A program made the translations under genes and the position numbers. Positions 22,714 to 33,295 of a DNA stretch of 64,000 nt are shown here, one piece after another (position 1 is the stretch's first letter; every line of letters begins with the position of its first letter). The DNA is from an uncultured Rhizobium sp. Its GTDB lineage: Bacteria > Pseudomonadota > Alphaproteobacteria > Micropepsales > Micropepsaceae. Below the pieces are notes generated by a model, which saw only the letters and a program-made list of their open reading frames with translations, was not told the DNA's origin and searched no databases. Location: positions 47,568-111,567 of the forward strand of contig CAZNGO010000043.1 of NCBI GenBank assembly GCA_964572805.1, in the 5' to 3' direction.

Positions 22714-22817
22714 GATAGCCCCATGATAGATAACTCTGTGTTGCAGAGTACTCTGGAGAAACAGGTTTTGCAAGCGCCCATTTCCGCCCTCTGCCCGCGC
22801 CATGCTAGGAGCGCCCC

Positions 22818-23138
22818 ATGAGCGAGCACGCCATCGACCGCCTCTTCGCCACCATCGCCGCCCGCAAGGGCGCCGATGCCGGCACCTCCTACACCGCCCA
22901 GCTTCTGGCCGCCGGGGTGGAGAAGTGCGCCAAGAAATTCGGCGAGGAAGCGGTGGAAGCGGCGATCGCCGCCGTCTCACGCGACAAGCGGGCGCTCGCC
23001 GCCGAAAGCGCCGATGTGCTGTATCACCTGCTGGTGCTGTGGGCGGCGGCGGGCATCACGCCCGACGATGTCTATGCCGCGCTGAAAGCGCGTGAAGGAC
23101 AATCAGGACTGGTCGAAAAAGCCAGCCGTTCTCTTTAA
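22818..23138 (+). CDS. hisE: phosphoribosyl-ATP pyrophosphatase
   Basis: SYTAQLLAAG...KKFGEEAVE...ESADVLYHLLVLW. Length 106 aa. Confidence 0.92.
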   Translation: MSEHAIDRLFATIAARKGADAGTSYTAQLLAAGVEKCAKKFGEEAVEAAIAAVSRDKRALAAESADVLYHLLVLWAAAGITPDDVYAALKAREGQSGLVEKASRSL

Positions 23139-23548
23139 GAATCTTTTTCGGCCTGCTCTTCGGCGAGACTTTTCACAAGATCGAGCACGCGCTTGCGCAC
23201 CTTGGCGTCCTTGATCTTCATGAAGGCAAGGGAGAGCTGCATGCCTTCGCCGGAGGAGACGAACTCCATCACCGGCGGCGCGTTCTCCTCGGCAAAGCCC
23301 GGCTGGCCCGACAGCTGCGCCGCCACGCCTTCATAGAAATAGTCGATCGGCACGCCCAGGATGCGCGAAATGTCGAACAGCCGGCCGGCGCCGATGCGGT
23401 TGACGCCCTTTTCGTATTTCTGCACCTGCTGGAAGGTTAGGCCGAGCAGTTCGCCCAGGCGCTCCTGGCTCATGCCGATCAGCATCCGACGGATGCGGAC
23501 GCGATTGCCGACCAGCATGTCGGTCTGACTGGCTTGTTTTTTGGGCAC
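23135..23548 (-). CDS. XRE-family helix-turn-helix transcriptional regulator
   Basis: VGNRVRIRRMLIGMSQERLGELLGLTFQQVQKYEKGVNRI. The start is GTG 23548 or ATG 23518. Confidence 0.8.
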   Translation of the reverse strand: MPKKQASQTDMLVGNRVRIRRMLIGMSQERLGELLGLTFQQVQKYEKGVNRIGAGRLFDISRILGVPIDYFYEGVAAQLSGQPGFAEENAPPVMEFVSSGEGMQLSLAFMKIKDAKVRKRVLDLVKSLAEEQAEKDS

Positions 23549-23636
23549 CAGAACACACTCCTGGAGCGGGAGAAACGCACCCGCGATGGCTGTAAACTTA
23601 GCGGCAACAGTCACCAAAGCGAAACAAAATATCTCT

Positions 23637-25190
23637 TCAGAATGAGAGTCGGCGCGCCGCCAGGGCGAGTCCCGTAACGAGAATGAGAAGCAGCAAAAAG
23701 AGGAGATCGCCAAAGCGGCCATAGAGAGTGGGGCCCAGCGCCGCCGGCAAAGGCGCATCCACCACGCCCATGCGGTCAAGACCAAGCCTGGCAATGATAC
23801 GGCCATGCGCATCGATCACGGCGCTGATGCCGGTATTGGCGGTGCGCGCCATCGGCACACCTTCCTCGATGGTTCGCATCCGCGCCGTCAGCAGATGCTG
23901 GGCCGGACCTGCCCAGGGCCCGAACCAGGAATCGTCGGTGACATTGACGAACCAGCCCGGGCGGCCATCCTGCGACACCACGGCGCCGGGAAAGATATCC
24001 TCGTAACAGATAAGCGGCGTTACCAATGGCGCGCCCCGCACGACATAGCGATGCAGACCGTTGCCCGGTGTCGCAGGGATCAGCCCGATCAGCGTGGCGA
24101 TGCCCAGCGGATTGAGCAGACGGGGATAGGGCACATACTCACCGAATGGCACCAGGTGTGTCTTGTCGTATACAGCCATCGCAGCGCCGCCCGGCTCGAA
24201 CAGGTAGAGGCTGTTGTACCAGGTGAAATTCTGCGCCGTGGCGGAAGCGGGTACCCGCTGGGCGCCGGTCATCAGCACCGCGCCCTGCGCAGTCAGCCGG
24301 GCGATATCGTCCAGCGCAACGGATGAACGCTCCAGAGGAAAATCGGCCGCAGCCTCCGGCCAGATGATATGGGTGGGATTGCCAGGGCCCCGGCTGAGAC
24401 TCAGCAACCTCTGCCAGTTGCGGTTGATGTAGCGGCTGCGCATTTCTTTCTGCGGCACATCAGGCTGTACCAGGCGCAGCGCAACACCCGGCACGCTGGC
24501 GGAAGGCTGCGCCAGTTGCAGCGCCCCCCATCCCCACAGACCGGCGAAGACCAGCGTCATGATCGCGGGCAGCCGCCAGCGCCGCCGCGCCCCCTTCCCA
24601 TTCGTCAGTTCGGCCAGCGAAACACCCAGCAGAATGGTGAGAAAGGAAAGGCCATAGGCGCCGACCAGCGCCGCCGCCTGCATCACCGCCAGCGAGGCGC
24701 CCCAGCCATAGGCAGGCAGATTCCAGGGAAAGCCGGTGAGGACATGGCCGCGCAACCATTCCGCCGCTGCATAACCCACGGACAGCAGCAGCAGGCGCGA
24801 TGTTCCTGCTCGCGCCAGCAGAGCGGGAAGCACGCCCAGCGCGCCAAACAGGCCAAGCCCCGCCGGCAGCAGCGTCAGCGCGAAAGGCAGCTGCCACAGG
24901 TGCTGCGCCGGATCGACCATGAAGGGATAGACGATCCAGTGCATTCCCGCGAGAAACTGGCCGAAGGCGAAAGCCCAGCCTGTCGCAGCGGCGGCGCGCC
25001 AGGGCCGCGGCGCCTGCGCCGCGCCATCCAGCAGCAGCGCCAGCCCCGCAAGCCCGAGCAGCAGGGCAGGGAAGAAGCCGGCCGGCGCGAAGGCGAGCGC
25101 CGAAAAAAGTCCCAGCACAAAGGCGATGGCGAGACGGCGCCAGCCGCCAGGGGCGCGCAGCCAATCGCCAAGCCGCGCCAGAAAATTCAT
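23637..25190 (-). CDS. lnt: apolipoprotein N-acyltransferase
   Basis: N-terminal polytopic membrane region followed by a CN-hydrolase domain with CYEDIFP. The ATG at 25190 is preferred over the track's alternative start at 25202. Confidence 0.92.
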   Translation of the reverse strand: MNFLARLGDWLRAPGGWRRLAIAFVLGLFSALAFAPAGFFPALLLGLAGLALLLDGAAQAPRPWRAAAATGWAFAFGQFLAGMHWIVYPFMVDPAQHLWQLPFALTLLPAGLGLFGALGVLPALLARAGTSRLLLLSVGYAAAEWLRGHVLTGFPWNLPAYGWGASLAVMQAAALVGAYGLSFLTILLGVSLAELTNGKGARRRWRLPAIMTLVFAGLWGWGALQLAQPSASVPGVALRLVQPDVPQKEMRSRYINRNWQRLLSLSRGPGNPTHIIWPEAAADFPLERSSVALDDIARLTAQGAVLMTGAQRVPASATAQNFTWYNSLYLFEPGGAAMAVYDKTHLVPFGEYVPYPRLLNPLGIATLIGLIPATPGNGLHRYVVRGAPLVTPLICYEDIFPGAVVSQDGRPGWFVNVTDDSWFGPWAGPAQHLLTARMRTIEEGVPMARTANTGISAVIDAHGRIIARLGLDRMGVVDAPLPAALGPTLYGRFGDLLFLLLLILVTGLALAARRLSF

Positions 25191-25198
25191 CAGCCTGC

Positions 25199-26080
25199 TC
25201 AAGTGACGATGTCCGCATGAGGCGGGCGGATGCGCAGGCGGCGCACCCGCCTGGGGTCTGCTTCCAGCACTTCGAAGGTGAAGCCCGCCGGACCTTCGAC
25301 GATCTCGCCGCGCTGTGGCACCCGGCCCAGATGCGTCACCACCAGCCCGCCCAACGTGTCGATTTCCTCCAGCTCCGCCGGCGGCGCCAGGTCAAGGCCG
25401 GTCTGTTCGGTGAAGGCTTCCAGCTCCAGCCTTGCATCGGCGACATAGGAATCGCCGTCCTGCTTCAGGGCGATGGGCTCTTCGTCATGCTCGTCGGCGA
25501 TGTCGCCCACGATCTCCTCGATGATATCCTCGATCGAGACCAGGCCATCGGTGCCGCCATACTCGTCGATCACCAGCGCCAGGTGGGTGTGGGTGGTCTG
25601 CATTTTCAGCAGCAGGTCGGTCGCCCGCATCGAGGGTGGCACGAACAGGATCGGGCGGCGCAATCCGGCGATCGGAACGTCCGGCAGGCGGTAGCCGCCG
25701 CCCGGCGCGTCCTGCAGCAGGGCCAGCACGTCTTTCACATGCACCAGCCCGGTGGGGTCGTCCAGCGTCTCGCGGTAGAGCGGCAGGCGCGAATGCTGCG
25801 CCTCGCGGAACAGCTGCACCAGTTCGTTCATCGACACCGTCTCGTCCACCGCGATGATGGCGGCGCGCGGCACCATCACGTCCTTCAGCCGGAGCTCGCC
25901 GAACTTGAGCAGGTTGCCCAGCATCACCCGCTCGGCATCGGAAAGGGCGGGCGACTGGCGCTCGCTTTCCTCGATCACCTCTTCCAGGCTTTCGCGGATG
26001 GCGGCCTGTTCGGCGCGGTCTTCGCCTTGCAGAGCGCGGACAATCTTCTTCCAGAGCGAGATGTCGCCTTCGTTGCTCAC
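25199..26080 (-). CDS. corC: CBS-domain hemolysin/CorC family protein
   Basis: CBS pair plus a CorC_HlyC C-terminal domain. The GTG at 26080 forms a GTGA overlap with the ybeY stop. The track start at 26173 would overlap ybeY by about 100 nt. Confidence 0.88.
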   Translation of the reverse strand: MSNEGDISLWKKIVRALQGEDRAEQAAIRESLEEVIEESERQSPALSDAERVMLGNLLKFGELRLKDVMVPRAAIIAVDETVSMNELVQLFREAQHSRLPLYRETLDDPTGLVHVKDVLALLQDAPGGGYRLPDVPIAGLRRPILFVPPSMRATDLLLKMQTTHTHLALVIDEYGGTDGLVSIEDIIEEIVGDIADEHDEEPIALKQDGDSYVADARLELEAFTEQTGLDLAPPAELEEIDTLGGLVVTHLGRVPQRGEIVEGPAGFTFEVLEADPRRVRRLRIRPPHADIVT

Positions 26081-26610
26081 GGGCGAACCGCCTTGCTTTT
26101 GCTCGCACGGCCGGACGGAGTTGGTCGCGGCAGCGTACCAACGCTTCGCGCTTTTCCTGGCCGATGCCCCCACGGGTCCGGCACGCCCAGCCGGGCAAGA
26201 ATTCTCGTTTCCAGCGGCTCCATCATTTTGGCGTCGCGATCCGTCATGTGGTCGTAACCGGCCAGGTGCAGCACGCCATGGACGACAAGATGGCGGGCAT
26301 GATCGGCGAAGGTCTTGCCTGAGGCCAGCGCTTCCTTCCGGGTCACGCCATAGGCCAGCGCGACGTCGCCGGCATAATCGCGTTCCGCCGAGGGAAAGGA
26401 CAGCACATTGGTCGGCTTTTTCTTGCCGCGAAAATCGTGATTGAGGCGCCGGAGCCGCGCATCCGCCGCCAGGAGAATGGTGAGGCGCCGATGCCCCGGC
26501 AGCCTGGCCGCCCGGCGCGCCGCTTCAGCCGCCCGCATCAGTTTCGGCAAGAGGCCGCGATGGCTGCGCCAGGCCGCCTCTTCCACCACCAGGGTAATTG
26601 CCCCCTCCAT
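26077..26610 (-). CDS. ybeY: rRNA maturation RNase YbeY
   Basis: HLVVHGVLHLAGYDH zinc motif. Confidence 0.93.
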   Translation of the reverse strand: MEGAITLVVEEAAWRSHRGLLPKLMRAAEAARRAARLPGHRRLTILLAADARLRRLNHDFRGKKKPTNVLSFPSAERDYAGDVALAYGVTRKEALASGKTFADHARHLVVHGVLHLAGYDHMTDRDAKMMEPLETRILARLGVPDPWGHRPGKARSVGTLPRPTPSGRASKSKAVRP

Positions 26611-27552
26611 CTACCGCCGTGAATCTCTCTTATTATAGGCGGCGACGATGCGCCCGACGAGGGGATGGCGCACCACATCGGCCGCGGAAAAGCGGGCGAC
26701 GCCAACACCTTCTACGCCTTCGAGAATCTCCAGCGCTTCATCCAGCCCTTCGGCGCGGCCGCCGGGCAGATCGCTTTGCGTGGCGTCGCCCGTCACCACC
26801 ATCTGCGAATCCTCGCCCAGCCGGGTCAGCGCCATCTTCATCTGGGCGCTGCTGGCATTCTGCGCTTCGTCGAGAATCACGAAGGCCCGGCTCAGGGTGC
26901 GCCCGCGCATGAAGGCCAGCGGCGCCACCTCGATCACGCCCTGCTCGCGCAGGCGCGCCGCCCTGTCACCCAGCACGTCGAACAGCGCGTCATGCAGCGG
27001 CCGCAGATAGGGATCGATCTTCTCATTGAGGTCGCCGGGCAGGAACCCCAGCCGCTCGCCCGCCTCGATGGCGGGGCGCGACAGCACGATGCGTTCGACG
27101 CGCCGTTCCTGCAGCATGTGGGCGGCGAAGGCGGCGGCGAGATAGGTCTTGCCGGTGCCGGCCGGGCCGATGCCGAAGACCAGGGGATTGGCCCGCATCA
27201 AGTCGAGATAGGCGGCCTGGGCGGGGCCGCGCGGCCGGGTGATGCGGCCCGACGAGGTGCGGATGGCGCCCGGCACCTGGTCGCGGCCTGCCTCGGTAAA
27301 GCGGATCTCGGCATCGACCTCGGCCAGGGTGATGCTTTCGCCGGCTTCCAGCCGGGCGTGGAGCGCCTTCAGGATCGCGGCCGCGCGGTCGCGTTGCCGA
27401 CCCTCCACCGCCACAAGATTGCCACGGCTGGCGATGCGCACATCCAGCGCCTGCTCCAGCCTGGCAAAATTCTTTTCATGGGCCCCGCCCAGCGCCGCCA
27501 GCAATCTGTTGCCGGGAAATTCGAGCGTGATCTGGGCCTTCTTCGCGCTCAA
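26611..27552 (-). CDS. phoH: PhoH family ATPase
   Basis: Walker [12 protein letters not shown]. Conserved miaB-phoH-ybeY synteny. Confidence 0.93.
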   Translation of the reverse strand: MSAKKAQITLEFPGNRLLAALGGAHEKNFARLEQALDVRIASRGNLVAVEGRQRDRAAAILKALHARLEAGESITLAEVDAEIRFTEAGRDQVPGAIRTSSGRITRPRGPAQAAYLDLMRANPLVFGIGPAGTGKTYLAAAFAAHMLQERRVERIVLSRPAIEAGERLGFLPGDLNEKIDPYLRPLHDALFDVLGDRAARLREQGVIEVAPLAFMRGRTLSRAFVILDEAQNASSAQMKMALTRLGEDSQMVVTGDATQSDLPGGRAEGLDEALEILEGVEGVGVARFSAADVVRHPLVGRIVAAYNKRDSRR

Positions 27553-28859
27553 GCCAGGATGCCTTTGAGGGAATTGGAGGTGCGGGCGATTATCCTCACC
27601 GGCAAAATTCTTCCGATCAGATCCTCGCCTTCGGCATGAACCGGGTGCAGCCAGGGCGAACGCCCGACGAACTGGCCGACGCCGCGCCCCGGCTTTTCAA
27701 ACAGAACGTTCATGGTGCCGCCGATGGCAGCGTCATTGAATTCATCCTGCTGCGCCAGCAGCAGCTTCTGCAGCGCCTGCAGCCGCTCGTCCTTGACCTG
27801 CTCTGAAACCTGCTTCGGCGCCGCGGCGGCCGGCGTGCCGGGGCGCCGGGAATATTTGAACGAAAAGGTCTGGGCGAACTTCACCTGGCGCGCCAGCGCC
27901 ATGGTCGCTTCGAAATCGGCGTCGCTCTCGCCGGGATATCCGACAATGAAATCCGACGACAAGGCGATGTCGGGGCGGGCGGCGCGAACGCGCGCGATGA
28001 TGCGCAGATAATCCTCAGCCTTGTGCTGGCGATTCATCGCCGCCAGCACGGCGTCGGAGCCGGACTGCACCGGCAGGTGCAGGAATGGCATCAGCTTTTC
28101 GTTGCCGCGATGGGCGGCGATCAGGTCGTCGCCCATGTCGCGGGGATGGCTGGTGGTGTAGCGGATGCGCGCCAGGCCTTCGATCTGCGCCAGCGCATCG
28201 CACAGCCGCGCCAGCGACCAGGGCTTCGCATCCGCGCCTTCGCCGCGATAGGCGTTGACATTCTGGCCCAGCAGCACGATCTCGCGCACGCCGCCCGCCA
28301 CCAGCGCTTTCGCTTCGGCGATCACCGCTTGCGGTGGCCGCGAATGTTCGGCCCCGCGCGTATAGGGGACGACGCAGAAGGTGCAGAACTTGTCGCAGCC
28401 TTCCTGCACGGTGAGAAAGGCGCTCAGCCCGCGCGCGCCGGCCTCGGGCAAGGCGTCGAACTTTTCCAGCGCCGGAAACTCAGCCTCCAGCGCCTTGCCG
28501 CCGGCGCGCGAAATCCGGGCGATCATTTCCGGCAGGCGATGATAGGTCTGCGGCCCGACCAGCAGATCGATGACGGGCGCGCGCTTCAGCATCAATTCGC
28601 CTTCGGCCTGGGCGACGCAGCCAGCCACGGCGATCAGCATGTCCTTCTTTTCTTCCTTCAGCGCGCGCAGCGTGCCCAGTTCGGAATAGACCTTCTCCGC
28701 CGCCTTCTCGCGGATATGGCAGGTGTTGAGCACCACCATGTCGGCGTCTTCCGGGCCTTCCGCCGCGCCATAGCCCAACGGCGCCAGCAAATCCGCGATG
28801 CGCCCGCTGTCATAGGCATTCATCTGGCAGCCGTAAGTCTTTATGAAGAGCTTTTTCAT
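27549..28859 (-). CDS. miaB: tRNA (i6A37) methylthiotransferase
   Basis: [14 protein letters not shown] and the radical-SAM motif CDKFCTFC. Confidence 0.96.
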   Translation of the reverse strand: MKKLFIKTYGCQMNAYDSGRIADLLAPLGYGAAEGPEDADMVVLNTCHIREKAAEKVYSELGTLRALKEEKKDMLIAVAGCVAQAEGELMLKRAPVIDLLVGPQTYHRLPEMIARISRAGGKALEAEFPALEKFDALPEAGARGLSAFLTVQEGCDKFCTFCVVPYTRGAEHSRPPQAVIAEAKALVAGGVREIVLLGQNVNAYRGEGADAKPWSLARLCDALAQIEGLARIRYTTSHPRDMGDDLIAAHRGNEKLMPFLHLPVQSGSDAVLAAMNRQHKAEDYLRIIARVRAARPDIALSSDFIVGYPGESDADFEATMALARQVKFAQTFSFKYSRRPGTPAAAAPKQVSEQVKDERLQALQKLLLAQQDEFNDAAIGGTMNVLFEKPGRGVGQFVGRSPWLHPVHAEGEDLIGRILPVRIIARTSNSLKGILA

Positions 28860-28904
28860 GTCTCTTTCAGTGCGCGCCTGTGGCGCGCGGGGGGTTTACA
28901 GCTT

Positions 28905-29738
28905 TCATGCCCGTCCTGCCAGCGCGCGGCTGAGGCCCGCCTGAATCTGGGCCCGCGCCCGCGCCGCCAGTTCCTTCCGGCTCATCTGATCGAGGGTGGC
29001 GGGCGGATGGAACTCCACCGTCACATCCAGCGGCCCGGCCTTCAGCGCCTCCCACAGATGCGGCACCATCTCCATGTCGCCGAACCAGGCGAAGAAAGGC
29101 CGCATCTCCCGCCCCATCGGCATGCCGTGGCAGGCGGTGAAGGCGGCCGAAACCGGCTGCACCGCGACATGCCGCCCGTCGGCGCGCCGCGCCTCGGCCG
29201 CGCCCAGCAGGGCGCTCTTGAACGGCCCGACACTGTTGCCGTCATAGGAGGTGCCTTCGGGAAACAGCATCAGGCAGTCACCCGCCGCCAGCCGCGTCCC
29301 GATCTCTTCCGCCACCGCGCCGGTCCGGGCCCGGCGCTCGCGGGCGACGAAGACGGTGCGCTGCAGCCGCGCCAGGGTGCCGAAGAAGGGCCAGCGCGCG
29401 ATTTCAGCCTTGGCGATGAAGGAGAGCGGCGTCGCCGCCGAAAACAGGATGATGTCCAGCCAGCTGGTGTGGTTGGCCAGCAGCAGCACGCCTTCGCCCG
29501 TCACCGGCGCGCCGATGATCCGCAGCCGAAGTCCGAACAGCTTCGCGACAAATCGGTGATAGCGGTTGGGAAAGCGCCGCGCCGCCTCCGGCGCCACGCG
29601 CAGCAGCAAGGCCTGCCACGGCATGCCCGCCAGGGTCACGACCAGGAAGACGGCGACAATCGCGCCGGCGCGGAGCCGCGCGATCAGGGGAAAGAGCGGC
29701 GGCAAGTCAGCTGGGCCGCTTGGCCTTGGGGACGCCAT
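28905..29738 (-). CDS. lysophospholipid (1-acyl-sn-glycerol-3-phosphate) acyltransferase
   Basis: NHTSWLDI (HX4D) and FPEGT motifs. The start is uncertain, because the ATG at 29738 overlaps the fur stop by 32 nt. Confidence 0.8.
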   Translation of the reverse strand: MASPRPSGPADLPPLFPLIARLRAGAIVAVFLVVTLAGMPWQALLLRVAPEAARRFPNRYHRFVAKLFGLRLRIIGAPVTGEGVLLLANHTSWLDIILFSAATPLSFIAKAEIARWPFFGTLARLQRTVFVARERRARTGAVAEEIGTRLAAGDCLMLFPEGTSYDGNSVGPFKSALLGAAEARRADGRHVAVQPVSAAFTACHGMPMGREMRPFFAWFGDMEMVPHLWEALKAGPLDVTVEFHPPATLDQMSRKELAARARAQIQAGLSRALAGRA

Positions 29739-30123
29739 ACAATTCCAGCCGGTGGTCGATCAGCTCGAAGCCCAGTTCCTCGGCGACGCGGCGCTGCAGC
29801 TTTTCGATATCCTCGTTGCGGAATTCGATCACGCTGCCGCTCTGCACATCGATCAGATGGTCGTGATGGCTTTCCGGCGCCTCCTCGTAGCGCGAGCGGC
29901 CGTCGCGGAAGTCATGCCGCTCCAGGATGCCGGCATCCTCGAACAGCTTGACGGTGCGATAGACGGTGGCGATGGAGATATGCGGGTCGATGGCGGCGGC
30001 GCGGCGATAAAGTTCTTCCGCGTCGGGATGGTCGGCGGCATCCGACAGCACCCGGGCGATCACCCGGCGCTGCTCGGTCATGCGCAAGCCCTTGTCAACG
30101 CAGAGCTTTTCTATACGGGTCAC
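29707..30123 (-). CDS. fur: Fur family transcriptional regulator
   Basis: LRMTEQRRVIARVL...ISIATVYRTVKLFEDAGIL...HHDHLID. Length 138 aa. Confidence 0.88.
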   Translation of the reverse strand: MTRIEKLCVDKGLRMTEQRRVIARVLSDAADHPDAEELYRRAAAIDPHISIATVYRTVKLFEDAGILERHDFRDGRSRYEEAPESHHDHLIDVQSGSVIEFRNEDIEKLQRRVAEELGFELIDHRLELYGVPKAKRPS

Positions 30124-30156
30124 GCTGGAACAGTCCTTGCCATCAGGGCGGGCACG

Positions 30157-31236
30157 TTAGGCCAAATCGCCCCCAAGCGGAAGCGCGGCCTTGAACACCA
30201 GCGCATCGCCCTGCGAGCCGCTCTCGTAATAGCCCTTGCGGGCGCCAACGCGGGCGAAGCCAAGCCCGGTATAAAGCGCCATCGCGGCCGGATTGTCCGT
30301 GCCGACTTCCAGAAACAGGCTTTGCGCTCCCAGCGCGACGGCGCGGCCAGCGGCAGCCTGCATCAGCGCGCGCCCCAGACCGCGGCCGCGCGCCCCCGGC
30401 TTCACCGCCAGGGTCAGTATCTCCGCTTCGTTCGCGACGGCGCGCGCGAGCACAAAACCCGATGGCGCGGCAAAGGCGAAAACGCCGGGCCCCGCCAGCA
30501 GATCCCGGATCGCCGCTTCGTCCCAGGGTTTTGGAAATGCGGCCGCATGCAGGATGGCGAGGTCGGCGGCAGCGCCTTCGAAGAAGGTCACAAGTTCCCG
30601 GCCACCAGGCAATCTGGCGTCGGGCGCGCGCAGATAAAGCGGCGCGGGCGTGGCGGACGGCGCGGGTCGGGCTGCAGCCAGACGCGCCACGAACAGGGCA
30701 TCGGGCTGACGGATGGCGGAATGGGTGAAGCCTTCGCCCAGCTTTTCCTTCGCGGCGGGTGCGCCGGTTCCGGCCAGGACACAGGGGCCGAAAGCGCGAA
30801 TTGTTTCGATGGCCTCGGCAAGGGGAAGAACCCGCGGCGCGCTGGCGGCGCCATTTTCCACCAGCGAGAGATAGGCTTCGTCGCGGCGGGCATCATGGAT
30901 GGCGGCGGCGCGCAGGATTCCGGTTTGCGCCGATGCGGCGGCGGCCATCGCTTCCAGGCTGGTGATGCCGGTCAATGGCTTGTTCAGGGCCAGCTTCAGG
31001 CCACGCATGAAAGCAAGGCCGACGCGCTGGCCGGTGAAGGTGCCCGGCCCAACTGTCACCGCGAGCCGGTCCAGGGCTGCGAGATCATGGCCGGCCATCA
31101 CCTCCGCCACCATGGGCGCCAGCGCCTCGGCATGGCCGCGCTCCATCGCCTGCCAGCGATGGGCGAGGGTATTTTCGCCTTCGAGCAGCGCCACCGAACA
31201 GGCGCCCAGACAGGTTTCGACAGCCAGCAGCTTCAC
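30157..31236 (-). CDS. tsaB: TsaB (t6A dimerization subunit) fused in frame to RimI-type N-acetyltransferase
   Basis: The N-terminal half has LLAVETCLGACSVALL...VTVGPGTFTGQRVG (TsaB). The C-terminal half has EILTLAVKPGARGRGLGRALM...LEVGTDNPAAMALYTGLGF (GNAT/RimI). No stop codon separates them. The GTG at 31236 forms a GTGA overlap with the upstream gene's stop. Confidence 0.8.
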   Translation of the reverse strand: MKLLAVETCLGACSVALLEGENTLAHRWQAMERGHAEALAPMVAEVMAGHDLAALDRLAVTVGPGTFTGQRVGLAFMRGLKLALNKPLTGITSLEAMAAAASAQTGILRAAAIHDARRDEAYLSLVENGAASAPRVLPLAEAIETIRAFGPCVLAGTGAPAAKEKLGEGFTHSAIRQPDALFVARLAAARPAPSATPAPLYLRAPDARLPGGRELVTFFEGAAADLAILHAAAFPKPWDEAAIRDLLAGPGVFAFAAPSGFVLARAVANEAEILTLAVKPGARGRGLGRALMQAAAGRAVALGAQSLFLEVGTDNPAAMALYTGLGFARVGARKGYYESGSQGDALVFKAALPLGGDLA

Positions 31237-31856
31237 AGGATCTTGCAGGCGTCGTCGAAAGCAAGGCGAGCCGCGCGGGGGCGCAGACCTTCGCGGTCGC
31301 CATAGCCGAGATTGCAGAGAAAGCAGGATTTGATGGCGGTGCCGGCGAAGAATTCGCGGTCCACGCCTTCGCGGTCGAAGCCCGACATCGGCCCGCAATC
31401 CAGCCCCAGCGCCCGCGCCGCGACCATGAAATAGCCGCCCTGCAGGCCGGCGCTGCGTGTCGCCATGAATTCGGCACGCGCCGGATCGCCGGGCAGCTTG
31501 TCCATCAGCCCGCGGGCATGGGGCGCCAGCACGGAAAGGGTGCGCACGAAGTCGAGGTCATAGGCAATGATGGCGGTGGCGGGCGCGGCCATGGTCTGGG
31601 CGACATTGCCGTCGTCGAGCAGCGGCTTCAGCCGCGCCTTGGCCTCTTGCGATACCACGAAATGAAACCGCGCCGGGGTGATGTTGGATTCGGTCGGGCC
31701 CCAGCGCATCAGGTCGTAGATCGCCATCAGCAGGGAAGGCGGCACGGGCTTGTCGCGCCATTTGCGCAGGGTCCGCGCCTCGCGAAAAATCTGGTCCAGT
31801 GCGGCATCGCCGATGGCGTGATCGAAATGCGCCGGCGGAAGATCGTCAGGCATCAC
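31233..31856 (-). CDS. nitroreductase family protein (RutE/malonic semialdehyde reductase-like)
   Basis: IFREARTLRKWRDKPVP...WGPTESNITPARFHFV.... Confidence 0.78.
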   Translation of the reverse strand: MMPDDLPPAHFDHAIGDAALDQIFREARTLRKWRDKPVPPSLLMAIYDLMRWGPTESNITPARFHFVVSQEAKARLKPLLDDGNVAQTMAAPATAIIAYDLDFVRTLSVLAPHARGLMDKLPGDPARAEFMATRSAGLQGGYFMVAARALGLDCGPMSGFDREGVDREFFAGTAIKSCFLCNLGYGDREGLRPRAARLAFDDACKIL

Positions 31857-32416
31857 ACTGCTTCGACCGCCGTCACTTCCGGCACATAATGGCGCAGCAT
31901 GTTCTCGATACCGTTCTTCAGCGTCATGGTCGAGGACGGGCAGCCGGCGCAGGAGCCCTGCAGGTGCAGCGAGACGATGCCGGTATCGCTGTCGAAGCGC
32001 TTGAAGATGATGTCGCCGCCATCCTGCGCCACCGCCGGGCGGACGCGGGTTTCGATCAGCTCCTTGATCTGCTCCACCAGCTCGGCGTCTTCGGCGTCAT
32101 AGGTTTCGCCGCCCTCGTCTTGCGCTGCACTGCCGGTCATCAGCGGCAGGCCGCGGGTGAAATGCTCCATCACCGCCCCCAGGATGGCGGGCTTCAGATG
32201 CTTCCAGTCGCCATCGCGCTTGGTGACGGAAATGAAATCGGCGCCGAAAAAAACCCGGCTGACTTCCGGGATGGCGAACAGTGCCGCCGCCAGGGGCGAG
32301 CGACCGGCGGTGTCGGCGCTGGGAAAATCGGCCACCGCGCCTTCGCCCATCACTTCGCGGCCGGGCAGGAACTTCAGGGTGGCGGGATTGGGGGTGGATT
32401 CGGTCTGGATGAACAT
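31853..32416 (-). CDS. NifU/Nfu family Fe-S cluster assembly protein
   Basis: MFIQTESTPNPATLKFLPG (Nfu_N) and a C-terminal CAGCPSS. The ATG at 32416 lies inside track ORF 31853..32473. Confidence 0.88.
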   Translation of the reverse strand: MFIQTESTPNPATLKFLPGREVMGEGAVADFPSADTAGRSPLAAALFAIPEVSRVFFGADFISVTKRDGDWKHLKPAILGAVMEHFTRGLPLMTGSAAQDEGGETYDAEDAELVEQIKELIETRVRPAVAQDGGDIIFKRFDSDTGIVSLHLQGSCAGCPSSTMTLKNGIENMLRHYVPEVTAVEAV

Positions 32417-32553
32417 GGGACGTGGCCGGAAAAGCTGCTTGCCGTACATGGACCCGCGCGGAAGCGGGTTCAAGCACGGGATTATTACCCGGATTATAAT
32501 TGACGCCCTATAATTTATCCGGATATAAATACTTTTATGCCGGGGTAGATATT

Positions 32554-33060
32554 ATGGCATATACGGTTTTTATCGGGGCAAAATGGCTCGGCGAAGGCAC
32601 CCTGCCCGTAGCCTACAACCACGCCAGCGCCAATCCCGGTTCGCTGATCTACGACAGCGAGACCGGAAAGGTCGTCGATATAGATCCCAACCACCCGCCC
32701 GAACCGGAAGCCAAAGGCCCCGGCCGCCCGAAGTTGGGTGTCACCGCGCGTGAAGTCACTCTCCTGCCCCGGCACTGGGAGTGGCTGGCACGCCAGCCCG
32801 GCGGCGCCTCGGTGGCGCTGCGCAAGCTGGTGGAAGCCGCGAGCCGCGATCCCAAGGCCGCACGCCTGGAGGTCCGCGATGCGGTCTGCCGCCTGGCCAC
32901 GGCGCTGGCGGGCAATGAGGCCGGTTTCGAGGAAGCGATGCGGGCGCTTTATGCCGGCAAGCGCAAGCGCTTCCGCCGCCAGATCGAAACCTGGCCGCCG
33001 GACGTGCGCGATTATCTGGAAAAGCTGGCGGCGCCGGTTTTCAACGACGACGAAGATTAA
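32554..33060 (+). CDS. DUF2239 family protein
   Basis: GRPKLGVTAREVTLLPRHWEWLARQPGGASVALRKLVE recalls DUF2239. The ATG at 32554 lies inside the track ORF. Confidence 0.65.
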   Translation: MAYTVFIGAKWLGEGTLPVAYNHASANPGSLIYDSETGKVVDIDPNHPPEPEAKGPGRPKLGVTAREVTLLPRHWEWLARQPGGASVALRKLVEAASRDPKAARLEVRDAVCRLATALAGNEAGFEEAMRALYAGKRKRFRRQIETWPPDVRDYLEKLAAPVFNDDED

Positions 33061-33257
33061 AAATCCACCGCGATGCCCTTGCGCTCCCAGTCGCCGAACC
33101 GCGTCGGCTCCGGCCCCTTGGGCCCGCCCAATTCCGGCGGCAATTTGCCGTCAGACTCCCGGGCGCGGCGCGCTTGCGCTTCCGCGGCGGCGCGGCGGCC
33201 AGCTTCGGCGATGCGGGCCGCGATCTCGGCCCCCTTGCTATTGTCTTGACTGGACAT
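33057..33257 (-). CDS. DUF1674 (SDHAF4-like) small protein
   Basis: 66 aa, with the C-terminal EPTRFGDWERKGIAVDF typical of DUF1674. Confidence 0.75.
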   Translation of the reverse strand: MSSQDNSKGAEIAARIAEAGRRAAAEAQARRARESDGKLPPELGGPKGPEPTRFGDWERKGIAVDF

Positions 33258-33295
33258 TTTTCAATCTTACATCACTGCCTTAAGAAGAGGAACCG

